From contig JBPQGU010000016.1 in the NCBI GenBank assembly GCA_051362555.1, positions 2,852,001 through 2,916,000 of the forward strand: DNA of 64,000 nucleotides. Direction: 5' to 3'. This DNA comes from Lingula anatina. Lineage: Eukaryota; Animalia; Brachiopoda. A program made the translations under genes and the position numbers. Shown here one piece after another: positions 24,575-38,633 of this stretch. The notes below the pieces were generated by a model. That model made no database searches. It was not told where the DNA came from and saw only the letters and a list, made by a program, of their open reading frames with translations. Numbering within the stretch: position 1 is the first letter of the stretch; every line of letters starts with the position of its first letter.

Positions 24575-25756
24575 ATGATAAATAAAATATATAAATTAGA
24601 AAATATTGCAAAAATTAACAATGGTAAAACACCATCTACAAAAAATAAAAGCTTATGAAAAAATGAAATACCATTTTTTCAACCAAACAATATATTATGT
24701 CAAAAAACAAATAGATTTATAACAAAAAAGAAAAACTTTGTAAAAAGAAAAGGAACAACACTTATATCAACTACTACTACAATTGAAAATATAGGAATTT
24801 TAAATCAAGAATCTTGATTTAACCAACAAATAACTTCAATTAAACCAAATAATAAATTTTTATTAGATAAATACTTATTCTTATTATTTCTTAACAAATA
24901 TTAACAAAATTAAAAATATAAAGGTAATAGATCTATTTTTACAATAATTTCAATAAAAAATATTTAAAATTAAAAAAAATATAAATATTACAACAGGACC
25001 ATTAACAAACATAACTGATTAAAAACAAGTAAACATAGATTTATCATTTTTATAGAAAAACAACAAAAAACAATAGATATTATTGAATCATTAGAACTTA
25101 AGTTTAAAAACATAAAAGAAAATATTAAAAATTTGGAAAAAAAATTAATTTTATTAAAAAAAATAAAACATAATTTATTAATAAAATATACTAAAAATTT
25201 AAATAATAAAACATATAAATTAAAAGATCTTTTTGAAATAAAATTAGGAAATTCTAAATTAACTAAAAATTATATAAAAGAAAATCAAGGTATATATCCT
25301 GTATATTCATCACAAACTTCAAATAATGGAGAAATTGGAAAAATAAATACATATGAATATGATGGTGAATATTTAACTTGAACAAAAGATGGTGTTTTTG
25401 CTGGAACAATTTTTTATAGAAATGACAAATTTAATGCTACTGGACATTGTGGATTATTAAAATTAAAAAATATTTTTTTAAATAAAATAAATATTAATTT
25501 TGTTTTTTTTTATTTAAAAAAAGAATTAAAGAAATATGCAATAAAAAATTCAACAATGATATCTTTATCTAAAGATACTATTGGAAATATAGAAATAAAT
25601 GTACCATCTTTTGAAGAACAAAAAAGAATAATTAAAATTATTGAAATTTTATATAAAAAAATTAATTTTATTGAAGAAAAAATTAATTTTATAATTGATA
25701 ATAAAAAAATAAATTTAATTAAAAATTCTTTATATTCAATATATTTTAATAATTAA
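24575..25756 (+). pseudogene. hsdS: Type I hsdS (locus 1, convergent copy): first TRD frameshifted, second TRD intact
   Basis: MINKIYKLENIAKINNGKTPS start, then frameshifts; 25133..25756 open with YPVYSS..DGEYLTW and PSFEEQKRII. Confidence 0.8.
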
Positions 25757-25789
25757 AAAAATTTAAATAAATATTTTTATATTAATAAA

Positions 25790-26839
25790 TTATAAAATTA
25801 TTTGTGAATAAATATAATTTTTAATTTTATTTATATTTTTAAATTCTATTTTATTTAAAAATTTTTCTATTTTTTCTATTTTTTCTATTTTTTCTAATAG
25901 TTTCTTTTGTAATTTTATATCAGGAATAAAAATATTAAAATTTAAAACTTCTTTTTTATTTATAAATGGTTGACTAGTATTTTCTTTTTTTAATTTATTA
26001 AATAAATAATTTATATAAATTAAAAATCAATTTAAATCAACTTTATTATTAAATTCTTTTTTTAACTTTAAAATACCACAATTTGAAGTTGTTGAAAATT
26101 TTTTGAATACTTTTATAAAAGTTCCATAATATTTACCATGTGTTGTAAATAATATATATTCGCCATCATATTGATATTGATTTATTTTTCCAAAAATACC
26201 ATTATTTTTAGTTTGTGATGAATATACAGGAAATATTCCTTTATTATTTTGAATATATTTATTTGTAATTTTATTATTGCCATTATAATTTTCAAACAAA
26301 TCTTTAATCTTATATAATTTTTTATTGAAATTAATTTCATCTTTTTTAATATAAAAATCTTTAATTTTTTGAAAAATAATTGTATTTTTTAATATTTCTA
26401 TTTGTTTTTTTATTTCTTTAAATTTATTTTCTAATGGTTCAATAATATCTATTATTTTTTGTTGTTCTTCTAAAGATGGTAAATTTATTCTTAATTTTTT
26501 TCAATCACTTATTTTTGTTAATGGTCTTGTTGTGTTTTCTATAATTTTTTTTCAGTCATTAAAACTTTTTAATTTAAAATATAAAAATTTTTTATTTACT
26601 ATTTTTTTATTTGTCTCATATATTAAAAAAGCTGTATTAATATTTCAAACAGGAAAATTATAATAAAAAATTTTCATAGTACCAACTCTAGGCAAAGAAA
26701 TTGATGAATTTTCAACTCTAAATTTTGATGTAAAACCCAAAATGCCACCTGAAGATACTAATGGTATTCTACCTTTTTTATCATTGGTATCTTTACCAGA
26801 AATAATTTTACAAATATCTCCTAATTTATATGTTTTCAT
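25790..26839 (-). CDS. hsdS: Type I R-M specificity subunit (locus 1)
   Basis: 349 aa, two TRDs; YKLGDIC and LPSLEEQQKIIDIIEPLE. Confidence 0.9.
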
Positions 26840-26860
26840 AATTATTTAATGAATTATTTT

Positions 26861-28339
26861 TTAATTAAATTCTTTTAAAATTTCTTTTATATTTTTTTGA
26901 ATTTCTTGTATATTTTTTTTAATATTTTTTAGTTCTAAAATTGCTTCTTCTTTATTTAATATTTTTTCTTCTTTAAAAAAAATATTACTTGGATCAATTT
27001 TTAAAAATATATCTTTTTCTAAAATTTTATTATTCGTTAAAATTTTATATGGTATTTTTGTATCAATTGTTTTGTTATTTCTAAAATTAAAAAATATATT
27101 TTTACAATCTTCAATAGTTTTTTTTGAAAAATATTTATCTTTTCTTTCTTTTATAATTTCATCTCTTAAATCTACAAAAATAACATTATCATTCTTTTTA
27201 CTTTTATTAAAAATTCAAATACTGGAAGCAATTGGTGTATTTGAAAAAACACCTTTTGGTAATGCAATTAATCCATCAATTAAATTATCTTGGATCATTT
27301 TTTTTCTGATAAAAATTTCATCTTTTTGATTATTTACACCAGCAGCAATAGACATAACAACAGCAGCAACTCCATCTTTTTTTAAATGACTTATTATATG
27401 TTGAAAAAACATATAATTTCCTTGTTTTTCACCAAAAACAGGTTTATAAATTCACCTTTTATCATTTAATAAATTACCATATGTTTCTTTTGAAAATGGA
27501 TCATTAAATGGTGGATTTGAAAGTATACAATCAAATTTTTTGTTTTCAAATAAATCTTCTGAAAATACATCTTCTGGTTTTTTACCTAAATCAAAATGCA
27601 TTTCTTCTCTTAATAATAAATTCATTTTTGCAATCTTTCAAGTATTTTCATTTAATTCTTGACCAAAAAATTGTACTTTAGATAAGTCAATAATTTTATT
27701 TCTTTTTAAAAAACACAAAGACCTTAAAAGCATACCAGCAGTACCAACTGTTGGATCATAAATTTTAAGTTGATTTTTTCCAGTTAAACTACATTCTGTT
27801 ATATTAACCATTAATTCAACAACAGAATGTGGTGTATAAAATTGTCCACCTCTTTTTGCATCACTTGAATATTTACCTATAAATCTTTCATATATTGCAC
27901 CAAATAAATCACCAAAATTTTCTTTTGAAATATTAATATTATTTTCTAAAATTTCAATATATCCTTCAATATCATTTGATGTAACTTTGTTTTCAGATGA
28001 AAAATAATATAATTGTATGTTTTTAAAATTTATTTGAAATTTTGTTAATGATTCAAATGCTTTATCAATAATTTGCAATTTTTCATCTTTTGGTGTTTTT
28101 TTTATATTAGTTCAAAAATATTCTTTCTCTATTACTAAAAAATCTTCATTTTTTCCATATTTTAAATATTGATCATAAGTTTGTTTTTTACTATAAAAAT
28201 CCATTTCTGCTTTTTCAGTAGCAAATTTTAAAAATAATAAAGATAATCAAATTTTATACAAATATTCAGAAGATCCTTTTTTAAAAATTTTTCTAGATGC
28301 ATGTTCGATTTTTGAAACTTCTGATTGAAAATTATACAT
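26861..28339 (-). CDS. hsdM: Type I R-M methyltransferase (locus 1)
   Basis: GGQFYTP, YDPTVGTAGML and SNPPFN motifs. Confidence 0.93.
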
Positions 28340-28373
28340 TTTTAATATTATTTTTTTATAAAAATATTTTTTA

Positions 28374-31271
28374 TTAATATTTCATTTTTTTTAATTTTAT
28401 TATATCTATAAACTTATTTACAACATCAAATACTTGATCATCTTTATATTCATTAAATTCTGTTTTTAAAAATTTACCCAAATCCTTTTTAATTTTAATA
28501 ATTGATTTTTCTGTTTCTCATCAATCATAATTAAATACTTTTTTACAAAAAGTATTTAATTTTTTCTTTATATCATTTGAAATATCACAATTTAAAAAAT
28601 CTTCAATAACACTTGTTAAAACATAAATCATTTCAGGGTATTTATCTTTTTCAAGTTCATTTAAAATTATTTCAATATCTTTTTTAAATTTTGTTTTTTC
28701 ATAATAATTTGAAGAATTATATTTTTCAATAATTTTTTTTAATTTTTCTAATAAAATTTTCTTTTTTTTCTCTGAAATTTTAATTGATTTTTTAATTTTT
28801 TTAATTACTTTAATATTTATTAAATCTAAAAATTTTTGATAACTTAAATTATCTTCTGTAATATCAATTAAATCAAAAATACTTTTTTTGTCTATATAAA
28901 TAAAAATTTCTTTATCTAAATAAATATCATTTAATATTTCTTTTAATTCATTACTATTTAATGTAAGTAATGTTTTTTCATAATCATTTTTATTTAAAAT
29001 ATTTAAAAATAAAATAGATAAATAACATGCACCTTTATTTACATTTTTATCTGTTCAAAAAATATTAGAAGAAATAGATTTTATTTCTTTTAAATATTTT
29101 TTTAAATTTTCATTATTTTGATATTTATTACTTAAAATAATTTCATTAATTTTAAAGCTAATGTTTTTATATTTTGATAATTTATATAATTTTCAAAAAT
29201 CAATTTCATATTTTTTTTTAATTTTTTTTAATAATTCAACTATTTTTTCTTCATATAATTCAGAAATTTCAATATTTGCTTTTTCATTTAAAGTACCTTC
29301 ATAATTTTCTAATGTTTCTTTTAAATTCTTTTTCAAATCAATAAATGAAATAATAGTTCCATACTCTTTATTTTTAAAATTTCTATTAACCCTACAAATA
29401 GCTTGAAAAAGATTATGTTTTTCCATATTTTTATCAAAAAACATCATTCTTAAATCTGGTACATCATAACCTGTAAGTAACTTATCACAAACAATTAAAA
29501 TATTATATTTTGAATCATATTCTCTAAAATTATCAGTAACTTTTTTATTATCAACATTTTTTAAATAAGTATATGTTTCATTAATACTTTTATCTATTTG
29601 TGGTTTTGATACAATTAATTCTATTTTATTTTCAAAACTTTTATCATTAATTCTAAAATCATTTTTAAATATTTTTTTTAATTCTTTTAAATATTTAAAA
29701 CCAGATTCAATACTATTTACAACTAACATAGCTTTAATATTTTTATTTAAATTAGTTTCATTTTTAAATAAATTATTATTTTGAACATAAAAATCTAAAA
29801 TCATCTTAGAAATTTTTTTAACTCTATCAGGAATTATACCAATAATTTTTTTAGGAATTTCTTTTTTTTTATAATAAATTTCTTTTTTATAAGCATCTTT
29901 TTTTATATCAATTTTATTAAATATTTGTGTATATTTAATATCTACAATAACACCATCTCTTTGTGCTTGTCTCATGGTATATTTGTGAATACATTGTCCA
30001 AAATAATTAAATGTTTTTTTATCACCTTCAAAAATTGGTGTGCCAGTAAATCCAAATTTAATTGCATTTGGTAAAGACTCTTCAAGATTTTCAAAATATG
30101 TTTTTTTACTAATTGATTGTGTTTTATCATTATGAGTTCTATGTGCTTCATCTGAAATTAAAATTAAATCATCTCTTTTTGATAAATTCAAAAATTTATT
30201 AAATTTTTGAATTGTTGTTAAAAAAATACCTTTATAATTAACATTTTTTAAAACTTTCCTTAATTCTTTAGATGAAGTAAATTTTTTAATTTCAGTATTA
30301 GAAAAATGTTTTAAATCAAAAGATTTAATTCTCATTTCTAGTTGTTCTATTAAATCAATTCTATCAACATCTAAAATTATAGAAGAAGATGCAAAATCTT
30401 TAACTTGTGAAACAAATGAACAAAAAGATATTATAGTTATTGTTTTACCAGAACCTTGTGTATGTCAAATATAACCATTCTCTCTTTTTTTTAATTTTTT
30501 TATCATTTCAGTTACAGCTTCTATTTGATGTTTTTTCAAAATTATTTTAATATTTTGATGTTTTTTGAAAAAAATACCATATTTTAAATATCTAACAATA
30601 TTTTTGAATCTAAAAAAATTAAAAAATTTTTCTAAATCTTGTTCTTCATCATTTAAAATTTTAAAATAATGTTCTATATCACAAGATGTATAAGAACCAA
30701 CAAAAGAATGATTAAATGAATTTAATGCAACAGAAAAAATATTAAATGAAAAAAAACTAGGTGAGTTTTTGCTATAAGTATATATTTGTCCAATAGCTTT
30801 TTTTACTAATGTATTTTTATTATTAATTGATATTGATTTTAATTCAAAATTAATAACTGGGAGTCCATTTATAAACAAAACCAAATCTTGTCTATCATTT
30901 AAACTTGTTTTTACTTCTTCTGAAATTACAAAAATATTATTTTCTTCATTTTCTAAATCAATTAATTTATAATTTGGTAATTTTTCTTTTTTACTTCTAT
31001 TTGTTGCAATACCATTATTTATAATATTAAAAAACACAAACTTATTATTCTTAAAAGGTTCTAGATGTTTTGTTTCAATTTGAATATATTTTATAATTTC
31101 ATCAATTTCTTCATTTTCAATATTTTTATATTTTTTAATAAGAAATTTTTTTAAAAATTTTTCAGAAAATGATTGATTTAATAATTTATCATTAAAATGT
31201 TCTTCATTTCATAAATCAAATCTTTTTAAAAATTCATCTATCAATTCTCTTTGAAATTGTTTTTCGTTCAT
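28374..31271 (-). CDS. hsdR: Type I R-M restriction subunit (locus 1)
   Basis: DLVLFINGLP..ELK, WHTQGSGKT, DEAHR, FTGTP, LLTGYD and QAICRVNR motifs. Confidence 0.93.
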
Positions 31272-31656
31272 ATTAATATATATTTTAAATTTTTTTATGT
31301 TTAATTTATTAATTCTTTTAAAAATTAATTTTTTTATTAATTATTTAATATTAAATTATTATTTTTAATACATTATCTTCAAAAATTTTTTAATACATAA
31401 AATAATAAAATGAATTTATAATTTGTTAAATATAATTAGATTCATCAATATAAAATGTGTAGATAAATTATTAAAAATTAACATTATATTTTTTTATAAT
31501 TTTTTATTAAAATTTAAAAAATTAATTCTACATTATTTTTTATTTATAATAATTTTTTATAAATACATAATATATTTTTACAAAAATAATTTATATTTTA
31601 ATTTCTATTTTTTTTAATAGTTTCTTTTGTAATTTTTATATTAAAAAATAAAAATA

Positions 31657-32403
31657 TTAATACTTATTAAATCTATTAAAATTTCAATTATTTCTATTAA
31701 AAAAATTATTATTTTTATTATAATATCTATAATTTGAAACAATATTTTTATTATTGTATTTTTTACCAATAATATATGTTAATCTATTATTTTTTCATTT
31801 ATAACTATTAACTGGATCAATAATTCTATTTCTTTTATAATTGTATTTATTATCCAAATAAATATTATTTCTTTTATATCTATAATTATTATATGGATAC
31901 ATACTATTTCAATTTCTTGAATAATCTGAAACTATATATTCTCTTTGTTTAAAATCAATATCATTTTTTTTATTTAAAATCAAAATAGGAATAATTACAA
32001 TTAATATTGAAAAAATAATAGTTAATAATCAATAAAATTTTTTGTATCTTTTATTTTCTTTATCACATTTTTTACAAATTATAAGATCATTAAGATTATA
32101 TTTTAAATTTTTTTTAAATCAAAAATTTTGAAAACAAACAAAACATTTTGTTTTAATATATTTTTGTTTTAAATTTTTATTTAAATGTTGATCATAACTT
32201 CTTTTTCTTTTTTGTAAATTAGAAAGAACTTGATAAGATTCATTTACTTCTTTAAATTTTTCAGAAGCATGTGGTTCTTTAGAAGTATCTCGATGATATT
32301 TTTTAACTAATTTATGATAATCTTTTTTAATTTGAAATTCTTTAGCATTCTTTTGAACACCTAAAATATTATAATAATTTCTTTTATTTTTAAAACTACT
32401 CAT
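31657..32403 (-). CDS. J-domain protein (HPD replaced by HRD) with Cys pairs and a TM helix
   Basis: NYYNILGV..KKYHRD..KFKEVNESYQVLS; CFVC..CKKC; hydrophobic helix; 248 aa in code 4. Confidence 0.75.
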
Positions 32404-32502
32404 TTATTTTAAAATAAAAAATAACATTTTATTTCTAATAATTTGATTTTTTATATTTAATTTATTTATAATCTAAATTAAAGATTACTTTTTTATTTTT
32501 AT

Positions 32503-32627
32503 ATTCAAAAATAAAAAAATATTTTATATTTAATTTAATTTTATATAATTTATTTATATATTTTTTATTTTTTTAAAATAAAAAAACATAAAAATAAAAT
32601 GAATAATCAAACATATAAATTAAAAGA
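32503..32627 (+). repeat. Duplicated hsdS upstream/5' segment (partner ~41711..41838)
   Basis: Near-identical ~125 bp AT-rich sequence preceding both plus-strand hsdS genes. Confidence 0.8.
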
Positions 32628-33630
32628 AATTATAAATTTAAAATTTGGTAAAAGAATAACAAAATTAAAAAATTCAGGTAATAAATATCCAGTTTATGGT
32701 GGTGGTAAATCACAATTTTTAACTGATTTTTTTAATAGAGAAAATGATTTGGTTATTTCTAGATTTGCACTATCTAATATTTGTGTTAGATTTATTAGAA
32801 AAAAATTTTGATTATTGGATAGTGGTTTTACATTTGAAATTAATGAAAAAAATAATAAAAAAATAATAAAAAAATTTATTGACTATTTTTTATTAATTAA
32901 TCAAAATAAAATTTTTAATTTAGCTAGAGGAACTGGACAAAAAAATTTATTACCAAACAATTTTTTAAATTTAAAAATTAATTTACCAAATTTAGATGAA
33001 CAACAAAAAATAATTGATATTATTGAACCATTAGAAGAGTTAGAAAATAAAATTAAAAATATTAAAAATAAATTAGATATATTAATAAAAAAAATATTTT
33101 TTAATATATCTAAAAATACTAAAGAATATAAACTAAAAGATATTTGTGATTTTAAATCTATTGGTTCAAAAATAACTAAAAAATATATAAATAAAAATTT
33201 AGGTATATATCCTGTATATTCATCACAAACTTCAAATGATGGTGAAATAGGTAAAATTAATACTTATGATTATGATGGTGAATATATTACTGTTACATAT
33301 ATAGGTATTAATGCAGGAATGGTTTTTTATAGAAATGAAAAATTTTCAGGATCTAATATAATTTTATTAAACATTAAAGTAAATATAAAAAATCAATTTT
33401 CTTTAAAATATATTTTTTTAAAATTAAAATATACAAATTTAAAATCATTAAAAATTGGTGGTGCAATACCATTAATTAATATAAATTATTTAAAAAATTT
33501 AAAATTAAATTTACCTAATTTAAATGAACAAAAAAAAATTGAAAATATATTAGAATTTTTTTATAAATTAAATTCATTTAATAAGTTAGAAAAAATTAAA
33601 AATAAAATTATAAAATTATTATTTAAATAA
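32599..33630 (+). CDS. hsdS: Type I hsdS (locus 2, convergent copy)
   Basis: 343 aa, two TRDs; LPNLDEQQKIIDIIEPLE. Confidence 0.9.
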
Positions 33631-33834
33631 TATATATTTTTAAATGTTAATTGAAATAAAAACAAATTAATTATTTTAATTTAGAATTAATACTAGATAA
33701 AACGTTATAAATCATAACTAAATTTTGATTTAAATATTTAAAACTTGTACTAATTTCTTTTAATGTTTTTATTTGTTCTTTTTTTAATCTATTTAAAAAT
33801 ATTTTTTCATTTGTATCCATTTTTTTATACTCCT

Positions 33835-34248
33835 TTAATTATTTTTTGATAAAATAAAATCAATTTTATCAAATTTTATATATTTACTTCATATATTGGT
33901 AATTAAATAATTATTCTCATTTGTATGTATTTTACAAAATGTTAATAAAATATTTCTTTTATATTCTATATTTGTTTTTGTGTTTCTTTTTAAAATAAAA
34001 TTTGAATGTTTTTTTAATTGTTTTTCTATGTCAGTTTTATCTAAATAATCATTATATTCTTTTTTTAATTGTTTTTTAATTTTTTTACATTTAATACATT
34101 TTTTAGTTTTTTTATATAATAAATTTATTTTTTTTATTATGTAATTATTTATATTTTCATATTCATCTAAAAGTTGTATTTTTTCAGGTATAGCATGAAA
34201 TATTTTTTTTCTTAAATAATTAATAAATTTTAATAATCAAACAAACAT
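33835..34248 (-). CDS. Hypothetical protein (137 aa) between the convergent hsdS genes
   Basis: Open in code 4; CIKC motif. Confidence 0.5.
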
Positions 34249-34511
34249 AATTTATTTTTTACTTTTATATAAATATTACACACAAATTATATAACATATT
34301 TAGATAAATTATGAAAAAAATAATAATCTATTTTTGAAAATTATAGAATATAAATTTATTTTTTTGATAATTCTATTATATTAAATAATTTGTATTTAAT
34401 ATTTAAAAATAAAAAAAAATAAAAAATAAAAAGAAATCTAGAAAAATTAATTAAAAATTATAATTTTATAATTAAAAAAAATATAATTTAATTGTTTAAA
34501 AATTAAAATAA

Positions 34512-35110
34512 TTAAACTATTAATAATTTAATTAAATTATTTTTATGACTTATTATTTTGTATAAAATTAATTTAAATTTAATATAAATATTGTTTAAAA
34601 TGATATCTAAATTATTTATATTTATATCTAAATATAATATATCATTATGACTTATATTTAATCTTTCACCATTAGCATATTTTTTAATAATCATTTTTCT
34701 TTTTGTTTTTATTGTTTCTTGTATTTTTAAACAATATTTAGAACTTAATTTTAATGTTCTTTGATTATTTACTATATTTTCTAAAATATTTATTGTTGAT
34801 GTTGCAACTGTTACACCAGTCAAAGCTATTAAAACATCTCCTATATTAATATAATTATTTTTAATTAAATTAGTATATTCATATTTATCATTATTGTTAT
34901 TAATGTTTTTGATAGTAAATATTTTAAATTTACCATTTTTTATTTTATGATTTTTTTTATAAACAAAACCATTTGAATAATTAATTATAATATCTTTTAT
35001 TTTAAAAATATTAATATTAATATTATTTCTTTTAGTTATAAATTCTAATTTATTTAATATTTTTTTTATATTATTTTCTAGCTTTTCTAAAGGTTCAATA
35101 ATATCAATTA
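34512..35110 (-). other. hsdS: hsdS second-TRD cassette, out of frame behind the 23-bp stop cassette (locus 2)
   Basis: IDIIEPLEKLEN...NLIKLLIV* in a shifted frame. Confidence 0.8.
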
Positions 35111-35686
35111 AATATGTTTATTAATATCAATTATTTTTTTTGTATCAATTCTTGTATTTTCAAAACTATTAATTCTTATACAATTAAAATATTTTAAAAA
35201 TAATTTTTCATTAGGTTCAATAATATCAATTATTTTTTGTTGTTCTTCTAAATTTGGTAATTTTGTTCTAAAATCTAATAAATCTTTTTCAGTCATAACT
35301 GGATATGTACTACCAATAGCATTTCTTATTGTATAATTAATAAATTTTGTTGTATTACAAATATATCAAAGATATTTATTATAAACAAAATCAGAATTAT
35401 TAAAAAAACAAGTAAATCCAGATGAAGCATAATTATTATTAATATTTTTTTGAATATAAAAATTATGATTTCTGTTTTTAGGTCTTGTTCTACCTATTAA
35501 GATACAATTTGAAATTAATTTTCATTTTACAGATTTTTTATCTATTTTATTTTTTAAAATACTAAAATTAAAATTTTTAACACCAGATAATTCTAAATAA
35601 TTTATTTCATCAAAAAATAAATTTTTAGATTGTATTTTTTGTTGTAAAAAAATAATATCTTTTAATTTATAAATTTTATTTTTCAT
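35108..35686 (-). CDS. hsdS: Type I hsdS (locus 2), single-TRD form ending KIIDINKHI*
   Basis: MKNKIYKLKDII..STYPV..LPNLEEQQKIIDIIEP. Confidence 0.82.
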
Positions 35687-37100
35687 TTTTATTATTAATT
35701 CTTAAAAATTTTTTTAAAGATTCAAAAAAATCATAAAAATTACCTTTTTCATTAATTATTTGTTTTTTTAATTCTTCAATCTTAAAAGAAGTAAATGGGT
35801 TTCATTGTTTTTTATTTTTAATACCAAAATATTTTTCAATATTATTTTCAAATGGAAAAGAAAAAACATTTTTTTTGTTGTTATTTAAATCTTCAATATA
35901 TTCATTTATTTCTTTTAATTTTTTTCAATTATTTTTTTTCTTTTCAATTGAACAAAAATCATCATCATAAATAAAAAAATATTTTTGATTTTTAATATAT
36001 TCAGATAATGTAGCATATTTTTCTTTAAAATTATTTTTGATTTTATTTCTATCATTTTTATTATATTTTCCATTTGTTTCTATAATAGTAATATCTTTAG
36101 AAAATATATTACATTTTTCTTTTTCTTGCAATTCCAAAAAATCATAAAAATAATAAAATATAAATTCTAATAATTTTTGATCATTATTACCTTCACAAAA
36201 TATAATTTTTTCAGAAAACAAAGTTTTTATAAATTCTTGTCTATTTTTAAAATTATTAAAAATTTTAAAACCTGTTATAAATATTTCATTAAATTCTTTT
36301 TCATTATAATTAAATTTATAATAAATTTTTGTATTTTTATCCAAAAAAAAATTAACAAATTCATAAGAATGTGATGAAAAAATTAATTTAATTTTTTTTG
36401 AAATTTTTCTTAAAAAATATGAAACTTTTCTTTTCAATGAATGATGCAAAAATATTTCTGGTTCATCAATTATTAATGCAAATTTATTTTTTAATTTTTT
36501 TTCATTAAATTTTTCTAATATTTTAGAAATTAAAAATATTTGAAAAAAGGCAATTTTTCCAGAACCATGATTTAAAAATTTATTTTTGGAATTTGATCTT
36601 GTAGGAAAATTAAAATTGAAATTTACTGCTCTAATTGATACTGTTATTTCTTTTTCTTGTTCTTTAAAGCTTAAAAATTTATTTTCTTCAAATAAATTTT
36701 TTTTATCTCCATATTTAAACATACTACTTAAATCATTATCTTTTAAAATTTCATTATTAATTTTTTTGAAATCTTTATCTTTAAAATTAATTTTTTGTTT
36801 TTCTCATGTTTTTAATTCTTTTAAAATTTCACTATTTTTACCTAAATTTTTAATATTTTCTTCTTTTAAATAATTAGAATGAGAAAAATTTAAAATTTCA
36901 TTAATATATTCTTCTAAATCCTGAATTGAATCACTTCTACCTTTTAAAACATCTTCTTCATCATTACCTTGAAAATATTTAATATAAAAACATTTATAGT
37001 TTTCTTTTTTTAAATCTTCGATTCTTTCTTCTATTTTGTTTGTTTTTCCAACACCATTTGGACCTATATAAATTTCTGTAAAATTTTTTGGATTATTCAT
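35676..37100 (-). CDS. OLD-like ABC-ATPase/TOPRIM protein between hsdM and hsdS
   Basis: GPNGVGKT, HGSG, IIDEPEIFLH, SSHS, FCEGNND and YDDD motifs; overlaps both neighbours. Confidence 0.85.
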
Positions 37101-38628
37101 TATCTTGATTTTTATTATCTTCTTCTTTTAATATTTTTTTAATTGATTCTTTGACTTTAGGTTTTAATTTATCAAATTCATCAAAAAGTTTTTCTAATTC
37201 ATCAAAAGATTTTTTAATTTCTTCTTTTGTAGCTTCAACATCAATTTCTTCTTCTAATATTTCAACATATTGACCAGGAACAAAAGATAAATCATTTTCT
37301 TCTATTTCATCTTTTGTAACAGTTTTTGCAAATCCTTTTTCATTTATTAATTCACCATTTTCATGTTTTTCAAAAATATCTGTTATTCTTTTAATATCTT
37401 CTTCTTTTAATTCACGTAATTTTTTAGAAACCATGTTACCTTCTAAATCTGAAGCTGAAATCATTAATATATTTTTTGTTTTTTTATTATTATTAAATAT
37501 TCAAATACATGCAGGAATTCCAGTAGTAAAAAATAATTTATCAGGTAATTGAATTATTGCATCAACTTTATTTTGTAATAAAAAGTTTTTTCTTATTTCT
37601 TTTTCATGTTTTTGATTTGATGAAAGTGAACCATTTGCTAAAACAATTGCAGCTTTACCTGTTTCATTAAGTTTTGATAACATATGCGATAATCATGCAA
37701 AATTTGCATTACCTTTTGGTGGTAATCCTCATTTTCATCTTTTATCATTTATCAGTTTTTCATATCCTCATTTTTTTATATTAAATGGCGGATTTGCTAA
37801 AATAAAATCAAATTCCCTTCCATTTTGTAAATCTTCTGTAAATGTATCTGCTGATTTGTGTCCTAAACAAAAATTATCTGTATAAAAACCATGAATTAAA
37901 AGATTTATTTGTGAAAGTTTTCAAATTTTATTTGATAATTCTTGTCCATAAACAACTACATTATGTGGATTACCACCATGTTTTTCAATATAAATCTTTG
38001 ATTGAATAAACATACCACCAGTACCACAACATGGATCATATAGTTTTCCTTTATCTATTTTTAATAATTCAACCATTAATTCAACAATTGATTGTGGTGT
38101 ATAAAATTCACCACCTTTTTGACCTTGTTTTTTAAAAAAATGACCTAAAAAATATTCAAAAACTCTTCCAACAATATCTTCTCCAAATTTAGTTAAATCC
38201 ATATTTGAAAAATTTGAAATTAATATTCCTAATCTTCTTTGATCTAATTCTTCTCTACTATAATTTTTTTCAAAAAGTCCTCTTAATTCTGTGTTAGAAT
38301 TTTCAATTAAATGAAAAGCTTCATCTACTATTTGTCCAATATTTTCATTACTTGTAAATTTACTAATATATTTTCAATTAGCTTTTTCTGGAATAATAAA
38401 TGGAGATCCATATTTTTTTAAAATAATTCTATTTTTCTTTAAAATTTGATAATCTTTATGTTTTTCATCAATGATTTGAATTGCTTTTTCATATTTATCA
38501 GACATTTGTTTTAAAAACATAATTCCAATAATTACATACATATATTGTTCAGATGAAATATTATTTCTTAATACATCTGCAGAATCTCATAATTTTTTTA
38601 AAAGTTCATTATCCATTTTTTTTGTCAT
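37093..38628 (-). CDS. hsdM: Type I R-M methyltransferase (locus 2)
   Basis: LWDSADVLR, GGEFYTP, YDPCCGTGGM and ANPPFN motifs. Confidence 0.95.
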
Positions 38629-38633
38629 AATTT

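Noticed and set aside
25864-25895. 9-bp tandem repeat (IEK x3) in the hsdS C-terminal helix
   Set aside because: Short, low-complexity and in frame; a spacer-tuning role cannot be supported from sequence alone
35099-35133. Programmed ribosomal frameshift or hop across the 23-bp unit
   Set aside because: No correctly phased slippery heptamer or stimulatory structure; DNA rearrangement fits the matched sites better, though not excluded
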